From NCBI GenBank assembly GCA_963758915.1, contig CAVWXH010000008.1, positions 9,962 through 73,961 on the forward strand: a stretch of 64,000 bases of DNA, in the 5' to 3' direction. Below are positions 24,817-34,481 of the stretch, piece after piece. Both the position numbers and the translations under genes were made by a program. The notes under the pieces are model-generated. The model was given only the letters and a program-made list of their open reading frames with translations. It was not told the DNA's origin and searched no databases. Source of the DNA: an uncultured Methanomicrobiales archaeon. GTDB taxonomy: Archaea; Halobacteriota; Methanomicrobia; Methanomicrobiales; Methanospirillaceae. Position 1 is the stretch's first letter; the number at the start of each line of letters is the position of its first letter.

Positions 24817-26135
24817 GACTGGGAACGCCTCACCAGCTGAATGGCTGCTTCTGCGGAGCTCCGGAGTATATCGTCTTCGTTGAGCACATGTCGCTCATGC
24901 ATCAGGACGCGACCGTTACAAATGGTTGTATTGACTGATGCACCGCAACATGCATAGACAATGTTCGATATCTGGTTGTGAAGGGGTGTGTTACAGGCGG
25001 TACGGGTACTGATAAGGATAATATCTCCGGGAGCGCCGGCTGTCAGCGTTCCGGCACCGGTCATGAGTGCCCGCGCCCCGTTAGTGCCTGCCATGGCCAG
25101 GGCCTCTGGTGCCGGGAGGATTGTCGGGTCATTCCAGAAAAATTTCTGGAGGATTGCGGCAGTTTTTACTTCCTCTAACATGTCGAGGTTATTGTTTGAG
25201 GCACAGCCATCGGTACCGAGACAGACATTAGCTCCGGCTGATTTGAGCCAGTGATACGGCATGGCCCTGTGTGTCGCAAGTTTCATATTGCTTGCCGGGT
25301 TATGGGAGACGTTGACGTTCCTTTTCCCCATAAGGGCACACTCGTCTTCATCGAGCCAGCAGCAATGTGCTGCTATCGTAGAAGGTGTGAGGATACCACA
25401 ATCGTCAAGATGGTAGGAGGGACGTTTTCCATGCTGGCTGATGCAGTCAAGTACTTCTGTTTCCGTCTCTGAAAGGTGGATATGGATGCTGATGTTCTCT
25501 GATGCGGCATATTCTGCGCACCATTTCAATCCTTCCGGGGAAACTGTGTAAATCGCATGAGGTCCGACAGCAGCCCGGATCCGACTGTTGTTCATGGATT
25601 TGACCAATTTAACAAGTTTTTCGGTAGCCCTGCATTCAGTTTCGCGTTTTTCGGGAAGGTTAAGGTCGATAAAACCATGGGAAAGGACCGCCCTGATACC
25701 TGCTTCATCAACGGCTCTGGCAGCATCATCCATAAAGAAATACATATCATTGAATGCAGTAGTCCCGCTTTTTATCATCTCGAGACAGGCCAGTTTTGTC
25801 CCCCAGTAGACGTCATTTCCCGTAAGGTGTGCTTCAAGTGGCCAGATTTTCTGCGTAAGCCAGTCCTGGAGGACCATGTCATCGGCGTAACCCCTGAGGA
25901 GCGTCATCGCGGCATGGGTATGGGTATTGACAAGCCCCGGCATTGCGACAGAGCCCTTTCCATCGATGGTAACCTCTGCCTCGCCGCGATGTATTCCCGC
26001 GATACCTTCTCCGCATCCCGCGATTGTCCCGGTATCGTCGATAAAAATATCCCCCCTTTTCCCGTTTACAAAGACATCTCTGATGAGCAGTGCCCCGGAG
26101 TAATTCAATAGATCACGTTGTTCCATTCCTGTCAC
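24813..26135 (-). CDS. 5'-deoxyadenosine/MTA/SAH deaminase family amidohydrolase
   Basis: NTHTH, PHAIYT, HLSET, GTDG..SNN; coupled to the phosphorylase gene. Confidence 0.88.
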   Translation of the reverse strand: MTGMEQRDLLNYSGALLIRDVFVNGKRGDIFIDDTGTIAGCGEGIAGIHRGEAEVTIDGKGSVAMPGLVNTHTHAAMTLLRGYADDMVLQDWLTQKIWPLEAHLTGNDVYWGTKLACLEMIKSGTTAFNDMYFFMDDAARAVDEAGIRAVLSHGFIDLNLPEKRETECRATEKLVKLVKSMNNSRIRAAVGPHAIYTVSPEGLKWCAEYAASENISIHIHLSETETEVLDCISQHGKRPSYHLDDCGILTPSTIAAHCCWLDEDECALMGKRNVNVSHNPASNMKLATHRAMPYHWLKSAGANVCLGTDGCASNNNLDMLEEVKTAAILQKFFWNDPTILPAPEALAMAGTNGARALMTGAGTLTAGAPGDIILISTRTACNTPLHNQISNIVYACCGASVNTTICNGRVLMHERHVLNEDDILRSSAEAAIQLVRRSQS

Positions 26136-26806
26136 CCCATCTTTTCAATAATTGTCGAAACCATCTCCCCTGTCCGTTCACTGAATAACCGGGCGGTGTC
26201 TACGATGTGCTCATAGGAGAGCACTTCTGTTCCAAGGCCGTTTGCGTAATTATCAACCGTGCAGAGGGCGGCAAATTCCATGTCGAGTTCGCAGGCGAGG
26301 GTTGCCTCGCTTGCCACCGTCATCCCGACAATGTCAGCAAACTGTGCAAGGGCCTGCACTTCAGCTGTTGTCTCAATTCTCGGTCCCCGTGTCTGCACGT
26401 ATGTCCCGCCTACCCGGGCGTGAGGGAACTCATTCCCGAGTTCATTGACCAGTTTGTGTGAAATTACCGGCATTACATGGGAAATTGCATGGTTGTGGAT
26501 TGAGGGAATATCAGATATGCTCATGTAATCGTCAGGAACCATTATGGTACCGGGCTTAATTTCGGTTTTTAAGGATCCTGAAGACCCGAATGCGATAACC
26601 CTGTCCACTCCGAGGATTGCAAGCGCTGCCATATTTGCACAGAAATTGATCCGGTGCGGCGGCATATCACCCTGGTGACGCAACATGATTGTCACATCCC
26701 CGGACAGGACTTCAACCCCGCCAAATGGTGTCCGGATCACCTGTTTTTCAAGTGGCGGAAGCCGGGTAAAAAGGAGGCTTGTCCCACCGATAATCCCGAG
26801 GGACAT
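26132..26806 (-). CDS. MTAP/MTI-phosphorylase family purine nucleoside phosphorylase
   Basis: GIIGGT, RH..PPHRIN, GPRIET.AE, VGMT, VDNYA. Confidence 0.88.
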   Translation of the reverse strand: MSLGIIGGTSLLFTRLPPLEKQVIRTPFGGVEVLSGDVTIMLRHQGDMPPHRINFCANMAALAILGVDRVIAFGSSGSLKTEIKPGTIMVPDDYMSISDIPSIHNHAISHVMPVISHKLVNELGNEFPHARVGGTYVQTRGPRIETTAEVQALAQFADIVGMTVASEATLACELDMEFAALCTVDNYANGLGTEVLSYEHIVDTARLFSERTGEMVSTIIEKMG

Positions 26807-27006
26807 CTATACAGCCTCCTGTATGCTGCATTCCCCGGCCGGTGCTACAACAGTCGCATTGAAACAAAAATTCCATTGCAGACGGTAATCAGCTGTACTT
26901 CGCATAATTCTGTACTGTTATTTCGGCGCCTGCTACATATCCCTGTCCATTATAGTCAGGGATGGGTTTGGATACCGTAATACCATCAGGCGCTCTATTA
27001 ATCTGT

Positions 27007-28179
27007 ATGGGCCTGTTTGAGACAGTCGATGTGGAAACAATAAAACGAGGGGACTGTACCGATATCTATTTTCTGCGCTGCGAGGAGGTCCTTCGAAAAG
27101 AAGGAAAAAATCCCGTAGTCGTAATGGAAGTGACCGCCGCCGGGCTCCCTGATGAATGGGGTGTGTTCTGCGGCCTGGAAGACGTGGTTGCACTGCTCAG
27201 GGGCCTTCCTGTTACCGTCGATGCGATGCCGGAAGGTACGATGTTCCTCCCGGACGAACCTGTCCTCCGGATATCGGGGCGATACCTGGACTTTGCACGG
27301 TACGAGACGTCAATTCTCGGGTTCCTGTGCCATGCATCAGGTGTTGCCACTGCAGCCGCACATATCCGGGTTTGCGCTGAAGGCCGCCTGGTATATTCAT
27401 TTGGTTCGCGCCGGCAGCACCCGGCCATTGCATCCATGATCGAACGTGCCGCATGGATAGGAGGTGTAGACGGGGTCTCAAATACCTGTGCACACCCGGA
27501 CATCCCTAAATCGGGTACCATGCCCCATGCGTTCGTTATGTGTCACGACAGCCCGGAACAGGCGTTCGCATCCTTCAACCGCCACGCCCCAGCGGACGTG
27601 CCCCGGATCATGTTATCCGATACGTTCTGTGATGAGAAACGGGAGTCCCTTGTTGCGGCAGGCCAGGGTGCAACTGCTGTCAGGCTTGATACTCCCCGTT
27701 CACGCCGCGGCAACATGAGGGCGATTATCAACGAAGTGCGCTGGGAGCTGGATGTCCATGGATACCCTGGTGTGAAGATCTTCCTTTCTGGTGGCATAAC
27801 ACGGGAGGAAGTAATTGAGTACCGTGATATTGTCGATGCATTTGGTATCGGAGGTGCGATTGCCAATGCCCCTGTAATCGATTTTGCGATGGACATCGTG
27901 CAAATCGAAGGGACCAGGTGTGCAAAGCGCGGAAAAAGAAGCGGTGTTAAACAGGTCTATGAACTTCCGGACCGGTATCATATTGTTCTCCCTGAAGATG
28001 CCCCGGCTCCTGCCCATGCGAAACCTCTCCTGATCCGGTACCTGACAAACGGCAACGTGACTACGGGCAGTGATTTTAAGGATGCACGGCAACGTTTTCT
28101 GGGTTCATTTGAACCACCCGGGTGTACCTGCGGGTCACATGAATGCAGGGAAGGGCATGACCATCAGAGCGCGTTATGA
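27007..28179 (+). CDS. pncB: Nicotinate phosphoribosyltransferase
   Basis: TDIYF, FGSRRQHP, GTMPH, VRLDT, SGG. Confidence 0.9.
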   Translation: MGLFETVDVETIKRGDCTDIYFLRCEEVLRKEGKNPVVVMEVTAAGLPDEWGVFCGLEDVVALLRGLPVTVDAMPEGTMFLPDEPVLRISGRYLDFARYETSILGFLCHASGVATAAAHIRVCAEGRLVYSFGSRRQHPAIASMIERAAWIGGVDGVSNTCAHPDIPKSGTMPHAFVMCHDSPEQAFASFNRHAPADVPRIMLSDTFCDEKRESLVAAGQGATAVRLDTPRSRRGNMRAIINEVRWELDVHGYPGVKIFLSGGITREEVIEYRDIVDAFGIGGAIANAPVIDFAMDIVQIEGTRCAKRGKRSGVKQVYELPDRYHIVLPEDAPAPAHAKPLLIRYLTNGNVTTGSDFKDARQRFLGSFEPPGCTCGSHECREGHDHQSAL

Positions 28180-28379
28180 AACGGCACGGTGGGCCGCAGG
28201 GGTATCAGAAAGGATTATACCGAAATTACCGGCGAATTCCTGCACCCCGAAACAATTCTTTTAACTGATGGCATCCCATACTGATAGAGCGGGCCGGTTG
28301 ACCAGGCGTATATCGCTACCCTGGCATGGTGCAAACCAAAACGACCCTGTATCATACAATTGTGGTAGGCAATTGTAAC

Positions 28380-28451
28380 GGGCTGGTGGTAAAGTGGTAT
28401 TACGCACCCTTGGCATGGGTGAGGCCGCGGGTTCAATTCCCGCCCAGTCCA
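28380..28451 (+). tRNA. trnA: tRNA-Ala(GGC)
   Basis: Acceptor GGGCTGG/CCAGTCC-A with G3:U70, anticodon arm CACCC-TTGGCAT-GGGTG, TTCAATT. Confidence 0.95.
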
Positions 28452-28574
28452 TATTCAGGCATGGTAGAGGTCGTGGGTTTAATTCCCGCCTTTCCCATTA
28501 TTCTTTTTAACATAGTCATAATTTCTGGCATTATATTTTATAGGGTTATATGCAAAGGGTATGACTGAACACTC

Positions 28575-29204
28575 ATGCGCATCCGTGATTTGATACTCCC
28601 TGAAGACAGGGTTTTTTTTACCCTTTTCAAGGACATGGCGGGAAAAATCAGCGAAGCCGCAGAGGTCCTCAATGAGATCACCCACGAGCTTCCCGGGGGC
28701 ACGGAAAAAGGGCACAAGATCCGCCAGCTCGAACACCTTGCTGACGAGGTGACCCGCCAGATCTATGAAAAACTGAACGAGTCCCTCATTACCCCCCTTG
28801 AACCGGATGAAATTGCACGACTTGCGCCGGCCCTTGATGACGTGATGGACCGTATTGACCGGGTCACACACCAGATCTGTAATTATGGTATCCCGGGGTC
28901 CAACGACCTGCTGAAGGAATTTTCCTACCTGATGATCCTCTCGAGTGCGGAGATTTCACATGCAATCGATGACCTTGCGACCCTGAAAAAAGCCGATGAA
29001 ATTGCACTGCATGCCAGCGAGACGAACCGCCTGTATAATCTCTCCACTGAACTGCTGTCGCGGTCGGTGATCGAGTTGTTCAGGACGGATGATCTGCTCC
29101 TGATAATAAAACTCAAGGATATCTATGAAGGGATGGCAAGGGTCATGGAAATGTATAACGATGTCGCCCATGTCCTGAGCGATATTGCGCGCAGTCATAC
29201 CTGA
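28575..29204 (+). CDS. DUF47 (PhoU-like) phosphate transport regulator, copy 1
   Basis: LEHLADEV..LNESLITPLEPDEI..LDDVMD; upstream of PiT. Confidence 0.88.
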   Translation: MRIRDLILPEDRVFFTLFKDMAGKISEAAEVLNEITHELPGGTEKGHKIRQLEHLADEVTRQIYEKLNESLITPLEPDEIARLAPALDDVMDRIDRVTHQICNYGIPGSNDLLKEFSYLMILSSAEISHAIDDLATLKKADEIALHASETNRLYNLSTELLSRSVIELFRTDDLLLIIKLKDIYEGMARVMEMYNDVAHVLSDIARSHT

Positions 29205-29210
29205 GTCAGA

Positions 29211-30401
29211 ATGGAACCCTTCGTCCTGTTTGGTATTATCCTTGCGCTGGCCCTTAACTTTGTGAACGGGTTAAATGATGCCTCGCATTCAATCGCGACG
29301 GTTGTTGCAACGAGGGCACTCTCCCCGGGAAAAGCCGTTTTTTCAACCGCTGTATGTAACCTTGTCGGACCTTTTTTGTTTTCCACGGCAGTAGCAGCTA
29401 CTATCGGGACTGCTATTGTGAACGAAAATGGTCTGACCCCGTTATCCATCGTGGTCGCGATGGGTGCTGCCATTATCCTTGTTTTTGTTGCGACCCGGTC
29501 AGGAATCCCGATTTCAAGCAGCCATGCAATGGTGGGGGGCCTGCTTGGTTCAGCAATGGCGGTAGCAGGGCTGTCTGCCATTATCCTTCCTGGCTGGGAC
29601 ATGGTACTCCAGGTCGCTATCTATGGGTTAATCGGGGCCGTAACAGGGGCTATCATTCTTGGCCTGGTAACCGCCACATTCCACGAGGATGTCCAGATGG
29701 GTATCGTGCTTGGGGGAGTTTGCGGCTTTTGTTTGATTATCCCGTTCCTGATGCTCGCTGGTGTCCTTACAATCTCCGGGCTTTTTGCTATTGTACTATT
29801 TATATTCATCTCCCCGGTGTTTGCAATGACCGGGGCTTTCATCTTCGATATTATCGTATCCCAGTTATTCAAACATTCACGGCAGAACCGGATGAAACGA
29901 ATATTCCAGCCCCTCCAGGTAGTCGCATGCTTCGCGCAGGCCACGGCTCACGGTGCCAATGACGGCCAGCATGCAGTCGGTATTATTACTGCCCTGCTGG
30001 TATCCGCAGGGGTCCTGGCAACCTTTGATGTGCCTACATGGGTACTCCTCGCATCAGCAATTGCAATCGCCCTTGGCACCTGTTTCGGTGGCTGGGAGGT
30101 AGTAGACAAAATGGCAAAAGGTATCACCAAAATCCGCCCGTACCAGGGTTTTTGTGCCGCAACGGTCAGTAGTGCTATCCTCGTCGGGGTGACAGAACAG
30201 GGAATTCCTGTCTCCTCCACCCATGCCATAAATGGTGCGATAATCGGGGTAGGTGCGACACGGGGTAAAAATGCCGTGCAATGGAAGGCCGTTCGGGAGA
30301 TGATGACAGCGTGGATTATCACGATACCGATTGCCATAGTCTTCGCCTGGGTCGGATATTACGTCGTCGCTTTTTCGATCAGCTTACTTTTTTCCGGCTG
30401 A
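29211..30401 (+). CDS. PiT family inorganic phosphate transporter, copy 1
   Basis: NGLNDASHSIATVV, PISSSH, HGANDGQ, PVSSTH. Confidence 0.9.
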   Translation: MEPFVLFGIILALALNFVNGLNDASHSIATVVATRALSPGKAVFSTAVCNLVGPFLFSTAVAATIGTAIVNENGLTPLSIVVAMGAAIILVFVATRSGIPISSSHAMVGGLLGSAMAVAGLSAIILPGWDMVLQVAIYGLIGAVTGAIILGLVTATFHEDVQMGIVLGGVCGFCLIIPFLMLAGVLTISGLFAIVLFIFISPVFAMTGAFIFDIIVSQLFKHSRQNRMKRIFQPLQVVACFAQATAHGANDGQHAVGIITALLVSAGVLATFDVPTWVLLASAIAIALGTCFGGWEVVDKMAKGITKIRPYQGFCAATVSSAILVGVTEQGIPVSSTHAINGAIIGVGATRGKNAVQWKAVREMMTAWIITIPIAIVFAWVGYYVVAFSISLLFSG

Positions 30402-30410
30402 TAAAACCGC

Positions 30411-30765
30411 CGCTTTGTAAATATCTTTCGGTATGATAAAAATATAAGAGGGAAATACGAAGACTGGAGGGGGTTTCACCCCCTCACTGCCCACCCCCAT
30501 TAAGATATTCTTTGGGCAGGGTTTTTCGAAGGCTCATTAAATTCAGAGTATTGGAGGACAGTCTCTAACCCACCCGGGGTCGCCAAAGCGGCGGGCCATG
30601 AGCCCCGGGAGCATGACGAAATTTTGGAATTACCAGTCTGTAAGATAGATTTGAGAGGGTTTCCCATGAAAATGACAAAACGGACCCCAACATATGGAAA
30701 TTTTGAACGAGGCATTTTTATGGCCCTGGTGTGAACGTCCTGTTCATGTGTGTTTCTACAGAGCG
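30411..30765 (+). mobile_element. MITE-like repeat, copy 3 (long variant)
   Basis: Ends CGCTTTGTAAATA / TTTCTACAGAGCG, flanked by 8-bp direct repeat AAAACCGC (30403-30410, 30766-30773); core similar to copies 2 and 5. Confidence 0.88.
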
Positions 30766-30816
30766 AAAACCGCCATATTTTTTTACCTTCCCTCTCCAGT
30801 ACCAGAATAGATCATT

Positions 30817-31446
30817 ATGGGTTTGCGCGAGTTACTGATTCCTCAGGATAAGATATTTTTTGACCTTTTTGAGCGGCAGGTTGCGATTGTTACAGAAAGT
30901 GCCAATCAACTTGTCGCGCTCACTGAGAATTTTACCAACGTGAAAGAAAAATGCCATGCAATAGAACTACTGGAGCACCAGGGCGACCAGGTCACCCATG
31001 ATATCTACGAGACCCTCAACAAGACATTTATCACCCCGCTTGACCCTGAAGAAATTTCCGGTCTCGCTTCAGCTCTTGATGACATACTGGACTATATTGA
31101 CGGTTCGGCAGAGAAAATGCTCTATTATGGAATTGAATCAACCGATTCCCCTATCATCGAACTTTCAAAGCTGATACAACTCTCGGTAATTGAAATTGAA
31201 GGGGCCGTCAAAGGTATCCGGGCAATTTCCAACCCTAAATACATTGAAGCGCGTTGTATCGAGGTAAACCGTCTTGAAAACCTGGCCGATGACGTACTTG
31301 CCCATGCAATTATGGACCTGTTCAAGTCTAATGATGCGATTACCATCATCAAGTATAAAGATATTTATGAGCACCTTGAGACCGCGACGGACCATTGTGA
31401 AGATGTGGCGAACGTACTTTCAGATATCGCAATACGGCATTCTTAA
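30817..31446 (+). CDS. DUF47 phosphate transport regulator, copy 2
   Basis: LEHQGDQV..LNKTFITPLDPEEI, ENLADD, DHCEDVA. Confidence 0.92.
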   Translation: MGLRELLIPQDKIFFDLFERQVAIVTESANQLVALTENFTNVKEKCHAIELLEHQGDQVTHDIYETLNKTFITPLDPEEISGLASALDDILDYIDGSAEKMLYYGIESTDSPIIELSKLIQLSVIEIEGAVKGIRAISNPKYIEARCIEVNRLENLADDVLAHAIMDLFKSNDAITIIKYKDIYEHLETATDHCEDVANVLSDIAIRHS

Positions 31447-31475
31447 CGAACCCGGATAAGTCCCTGAGGAGCACC

Positions 31476-32504
31476 ATGATTCCAGCACCTGAAATTCTCA
31501 TCCTGTTCATTATATTCATAGCCCTTGTTTTCGATTTTACAAACGGCTTTCATGATTCGGCAAATTCCATCTCCACGGTAGTCTCAACGAAGGTTCTCTC
31601 ACCCAGGAATGCAGTCATATTTGCAGCTTTTTTCAATTTTATAGCAGTATTCGGGTTTGGTGTAGCCGTTGCAAATACTATTAGTAAAACTATCAATCTT
31701 GATTCTGTTCCAGCCGATGTAATTCCGTGGATCATACTTTCGGCGCTTGCCGGAGCAATCATCTGGAATATCATTACATGGTTGATCGGTCTCCCCACTT
31801 CTTCGTCTCACGCCCTTATCGGTGGTCTGATGGGGGCGGGCCTTTCTGCAGCCGGGATAGCTGCCATCCATTGGTCAACCATCGGGCTGGTCGTGACTTT
31901 TATGATTCTCTCCCCGCTGATTGGTCTTACCGTCGGGTTTGCATTTATGGCGGTAGTCCTCTGGTTTACGCGATCAGTCCATAAAATGACCGCAGATAGT
32001 TATTTTAAAAAATTGCAGCTCTGTTCCGCAGCGGCATACAGCTTTTCACATGGGACCAACGATGCCCAGAAGACCATGGGGATTATTACACCCCTGTTGT
32101 TCAGTATCGGGTACTATGGGGCGACTGTAAACCCGGAATCCCTGCCGGTCCCGCTCTGGGTCATTTTGATTTGCTATGCTGCAATTGCCCTTGGCACGCT
32201 TTCAGGTGGGTGGCGGATCGTAAAAACCATGGGGTATAAAATCACCCGTCTCAGGCCGGTGCACGGTTTTGCTTCTGAAACGGCAAGCGCAGGGACGATT
32301 ATCGGGGCTTCCATGCTTGGGATCCCGGTAAGCACTACCCAGGTGATATGTGCGTCCATCATGGGTGTGGGGTCCACGACCGGGTCAAGCGTTGTAAAAT
32401 GGGGTGTGGCACGGAGCATTATGTGGGCATGGATTTTTACCATTCCGATCAGTGCCATCATCGGTTTCATTGTTTTCTTCGGGTTCCGGATTATTGCTAG
32501 TTAA
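31476..32504 (+). CDS. PiT family inorganic phosphate transporter, copy 2
   Basis: NGFHDSANSIST, PTSSSH, HGTNDAQK, PVSTT. Confidence 0.93.
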   Translation: MIPAPEILILFIIFIALVFDFTNGFHDSANSISTVVSTKVLSPRNAVIFAAFFNFIAVFGFGVAVANTISKTINLDSVPADVIPWIILSALAGAIIWNIITWLIGLPTSSSHALIGGLMGAGLSAAGIAAIHWSTIGLVVTFMILSPLIGLTVGFAFMAVVLWFTRSVHKMTADSYFKKLQLCSAAAYSFSHGTNDAQKTMGIITPLLFSIGYYGATVNPESLPVPLWVILICYAAIALGTLSGGWRIVKTMGYKITRLRPVHGFASETASAGTIIGASMLGIPVSTTQVICASIMGVGSTTGSSVVKWGVARSIMWAWIFTIPISAIIGFIVFFGFRIIAS

Positions 32505-32551
32505 GCGGGGAGGAATCCGGATTTATGTTTTATTAGGGCAATCTGAGCCGG

Positions 32552-33253
32552 TTAACAATTTTCGGGTTTAATCATAAATAGGTGCCTTAATTCCGGTATT
32601 CCCGCATTATTTTGTATAAATGAACCGCAATAATAGCGGCATAACTGCCTGATGCTGCATACCTCGCATTTTGGTCGCCTGGCAATGCAGATCTTCCGGC
32701 CGTGGCTGATCATAAGGTCAGTTAGTTTTCCCCATTCTTTTTTTGGGAACAGGGCCATAAGGTCCTGTTCAACACCTGCCGCATCGCTGTAATTTGAAAA
32801 TCCAATACGTTGTGAAAGCCTGAGTACATGGGTGTCAACCGCTACACCCTCTCGTTTCCCGAATGAATGATAGAGGACTATATTAGCGGTCTTTCGCCCG
32901 ACCCCGGGTATCATGAGCAGGTACTCCATGGTATCAGGTACCTTCCCCCCATACTCGCGTACAAGCATCGCGGAAGCATCAATAATCCGCCTCGCTTTCA
33001 TATGGAAAAATCCTGTCTTGTGGATGATCTTCTCGACTTCGTCTATCCGGGCTTCTGCCAGTAACTCCGGGGTCGGGTAACGCGAGAACAGTGGTCCGAT
33101 AACTTCGTCCACGGATTTATCGGTGGTCTGTGCGGACAGGATTGTTGCAATAAGGGATTCAAATGGCGGGGCGCCGGCCCTGTGATGGGTGCTGGCCTCA
33201 GGGTACTGGATATCAAGGATCCGGTAGATGTTCCCTGCTGTTTTCCTGTCCAT
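32552..33253 (-). CDS. nth: Endonuclease III
   Basis: LSAQTTD, HhH PGVGRKTAN, VDTHV, C-x6-C-x2-C-x5-C; start moved to MDRKTAG because the longer ORF overlaps tRNA-Pro. Confidence 0.93.
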   Translation of the reverse strand: MDRKTAGNIYRILDIQYPEASTHHRAGAPPFESLIATILSAQTTDKSVDEVIGPLFSRYPTPELLAEARIDEVEKIIHKTGFFHMKARRIIDASAMLVREYGGKVPDTMEYLLMIPGVGRKTANIVLYHSFGKREGVAVDTHVLRLSQRIGFSNYSDAAGVEQDLMALFPKKEWGKLTDLMISHGRKICIARRPKCEVCSIRQLCRYYCGSFIQNNAGIPELRHLFMIKPENC

Positions 33254-33291
33254 ATTCGCCGCCTTAATGTTTGAAAAAAATCTGAAAAGAA

Positions 33292-33366
33292 TGGGGTAGG
33301 GCGGATTCGAACCGCCGTCAAAGCGTCCCAAACGCTCTAGGATGGACCAGGCTACCCTACTACCCC
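33292..33366 (-). tRNA. trnP: tRNA-Pro(TGG)
   Basis: GGGGTAG/CTACCCC-A acceptor, GAGCG-TTTGGGA-CGCTT anticodon arm, GTTCGAATC. Confidence 0.95.
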
Positions 33367-33429
33367 GGGTACTGGATCTACAGGTGTGACGGGAGTGTAC
33401 AAATAATTACCGGTTATTTTCTATCCTGA

Positions 33430-34137
33430 TCAGAGTGGGAGATAGCTGGGGTTTTCATCGCTGCTGACAATGGTCCCGTTCAAGCGGCCTGAGATAATTG
33501 CCTCGGGAAGATTGTCAGGGTTCCTGCCATCGAGGACGATAAGGGGGATACCGCTCCTCTGGATGATCTTTACCGCGATTGCATCCATCACCGTATTTGA
33601 GCCTGCATTCAGACCGCTTCCCCCGACTATCTCCAGAAGTCTCCCCGGGGTGAGGTGGGTGTACCTGGTTGCGGATGTATCAGTTTTCGGGTCCGCGCTG
33701 TAGATACCATCCACTGATGTAAGGTTTACGAGGATATCTGCCCGTGTGCGCTCGGCAAGCACCGCGGCTACTGCGTCGGTAGTCTGGGCTGGCGTGACCC
33801 CGCCCATGACCACAATCCTGCCTGAGACCGCATATTCCAACGCCTTTGTCTGGTCTTCTGCTACGGCGGGGTATGCGGAATCTCCGAGCGCCGCAATGAG
33901 AAGCGTCGCATTGAGACGCGTTACCAGGATACCTATCTCGTCGCATGTACCCTCATCAACCCCGAGGTTTCTTATCGCGTCGATATACCGCCTTGCTTCC
34001 CCCCCGCCACCTACAACCACAAAAGTCCGGTGTTTTTCTGAAACCTGCCTGAGGACGGCAGCGTACTCCAAAATTCTGTTTTCGGACAGGCTCGGTACAA
34101 GGACAGAACCCCCAAGAGAGATGACAAGGGATTTCAT
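33430..34137 (-). CDS. pyrH: UMP kinase
   Basis: SLGGS, VVGGGGEARRYI, TTDAVAA, VDGIYSADP. Confidence 0.95.
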   Translation of the reverse strand: MKSLVISLGGSVLVPSLSENRILEYAAVLRQVSEKHRTFVVVGGGGEARRYIDAIRNLGVDEGTCDEIGILVTRLNATLLIAALGDSAYPAVAEDQTKALEYAVSGRIVVMGGVTPAQTTDAVAAVLAERTRADILVNLTSVDGIYSADPKTDTSATRYTHLTPGRLLEIVGGSGLNAGSNTVMDAIAVKIIQRSGIPLIVLDGRNPDNLPEAIISGRLNGTIVSSDENPSYLPL

Positions 34138-34266
34138 TTCGTACAGATGGGGAAAAAGGAGATATTAACCTGATTGTTTTCCCCGGGTATCTTCTATCCC
34201 CTGAGGTGGCATCCGGAGGGTCATGATCAAGAGGCATTATTGCCATGTGTGATAGAACAAGGATCA

Positions 34267-34431
34267 ATGATACTGTGTTGCCCGGAATGCCAGAGTACTG
34301 AGGTATACGAAGTGGCCGGCGGGTGTGTCGGGCAGGTCTATCGCTGCAAGAAATGCGGGTACCGCGGTTCATTTGTCCTCGAAATAGATGAAGAGGAACT
34401 CAAAGACACTGGAGGGAGGCCGACCCGATAA
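34267..34431 (+). CDS. Small zinc-ribbon protein (54 aa)
   Basis: CPEC..CKKCGYRG motif. Confidence 0.75.
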   Translation: MILCCPECQSTEVYEVAGGCVGQVYRCKKCGYRGSFVLEIDEEELKDTGGRPTR

Positions 34432-34481
34432 TGCCCCGGATGAAACAATTACCTGATCTTTCCTGTAAAAGGGTGATATAG

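Noticed and set aside
32552-33331. Extended nth N-terminus in the ORF track
   Set aside because: Overlaps tRNA-Pro; the real start is probably the ATG at 33253.
28380-33366. Genomic island between tRNA-Ala and tRNA-Pro
   Set aside because: No integrase, no duplicated tRNA 3' end (att site), and ordinary gene content.
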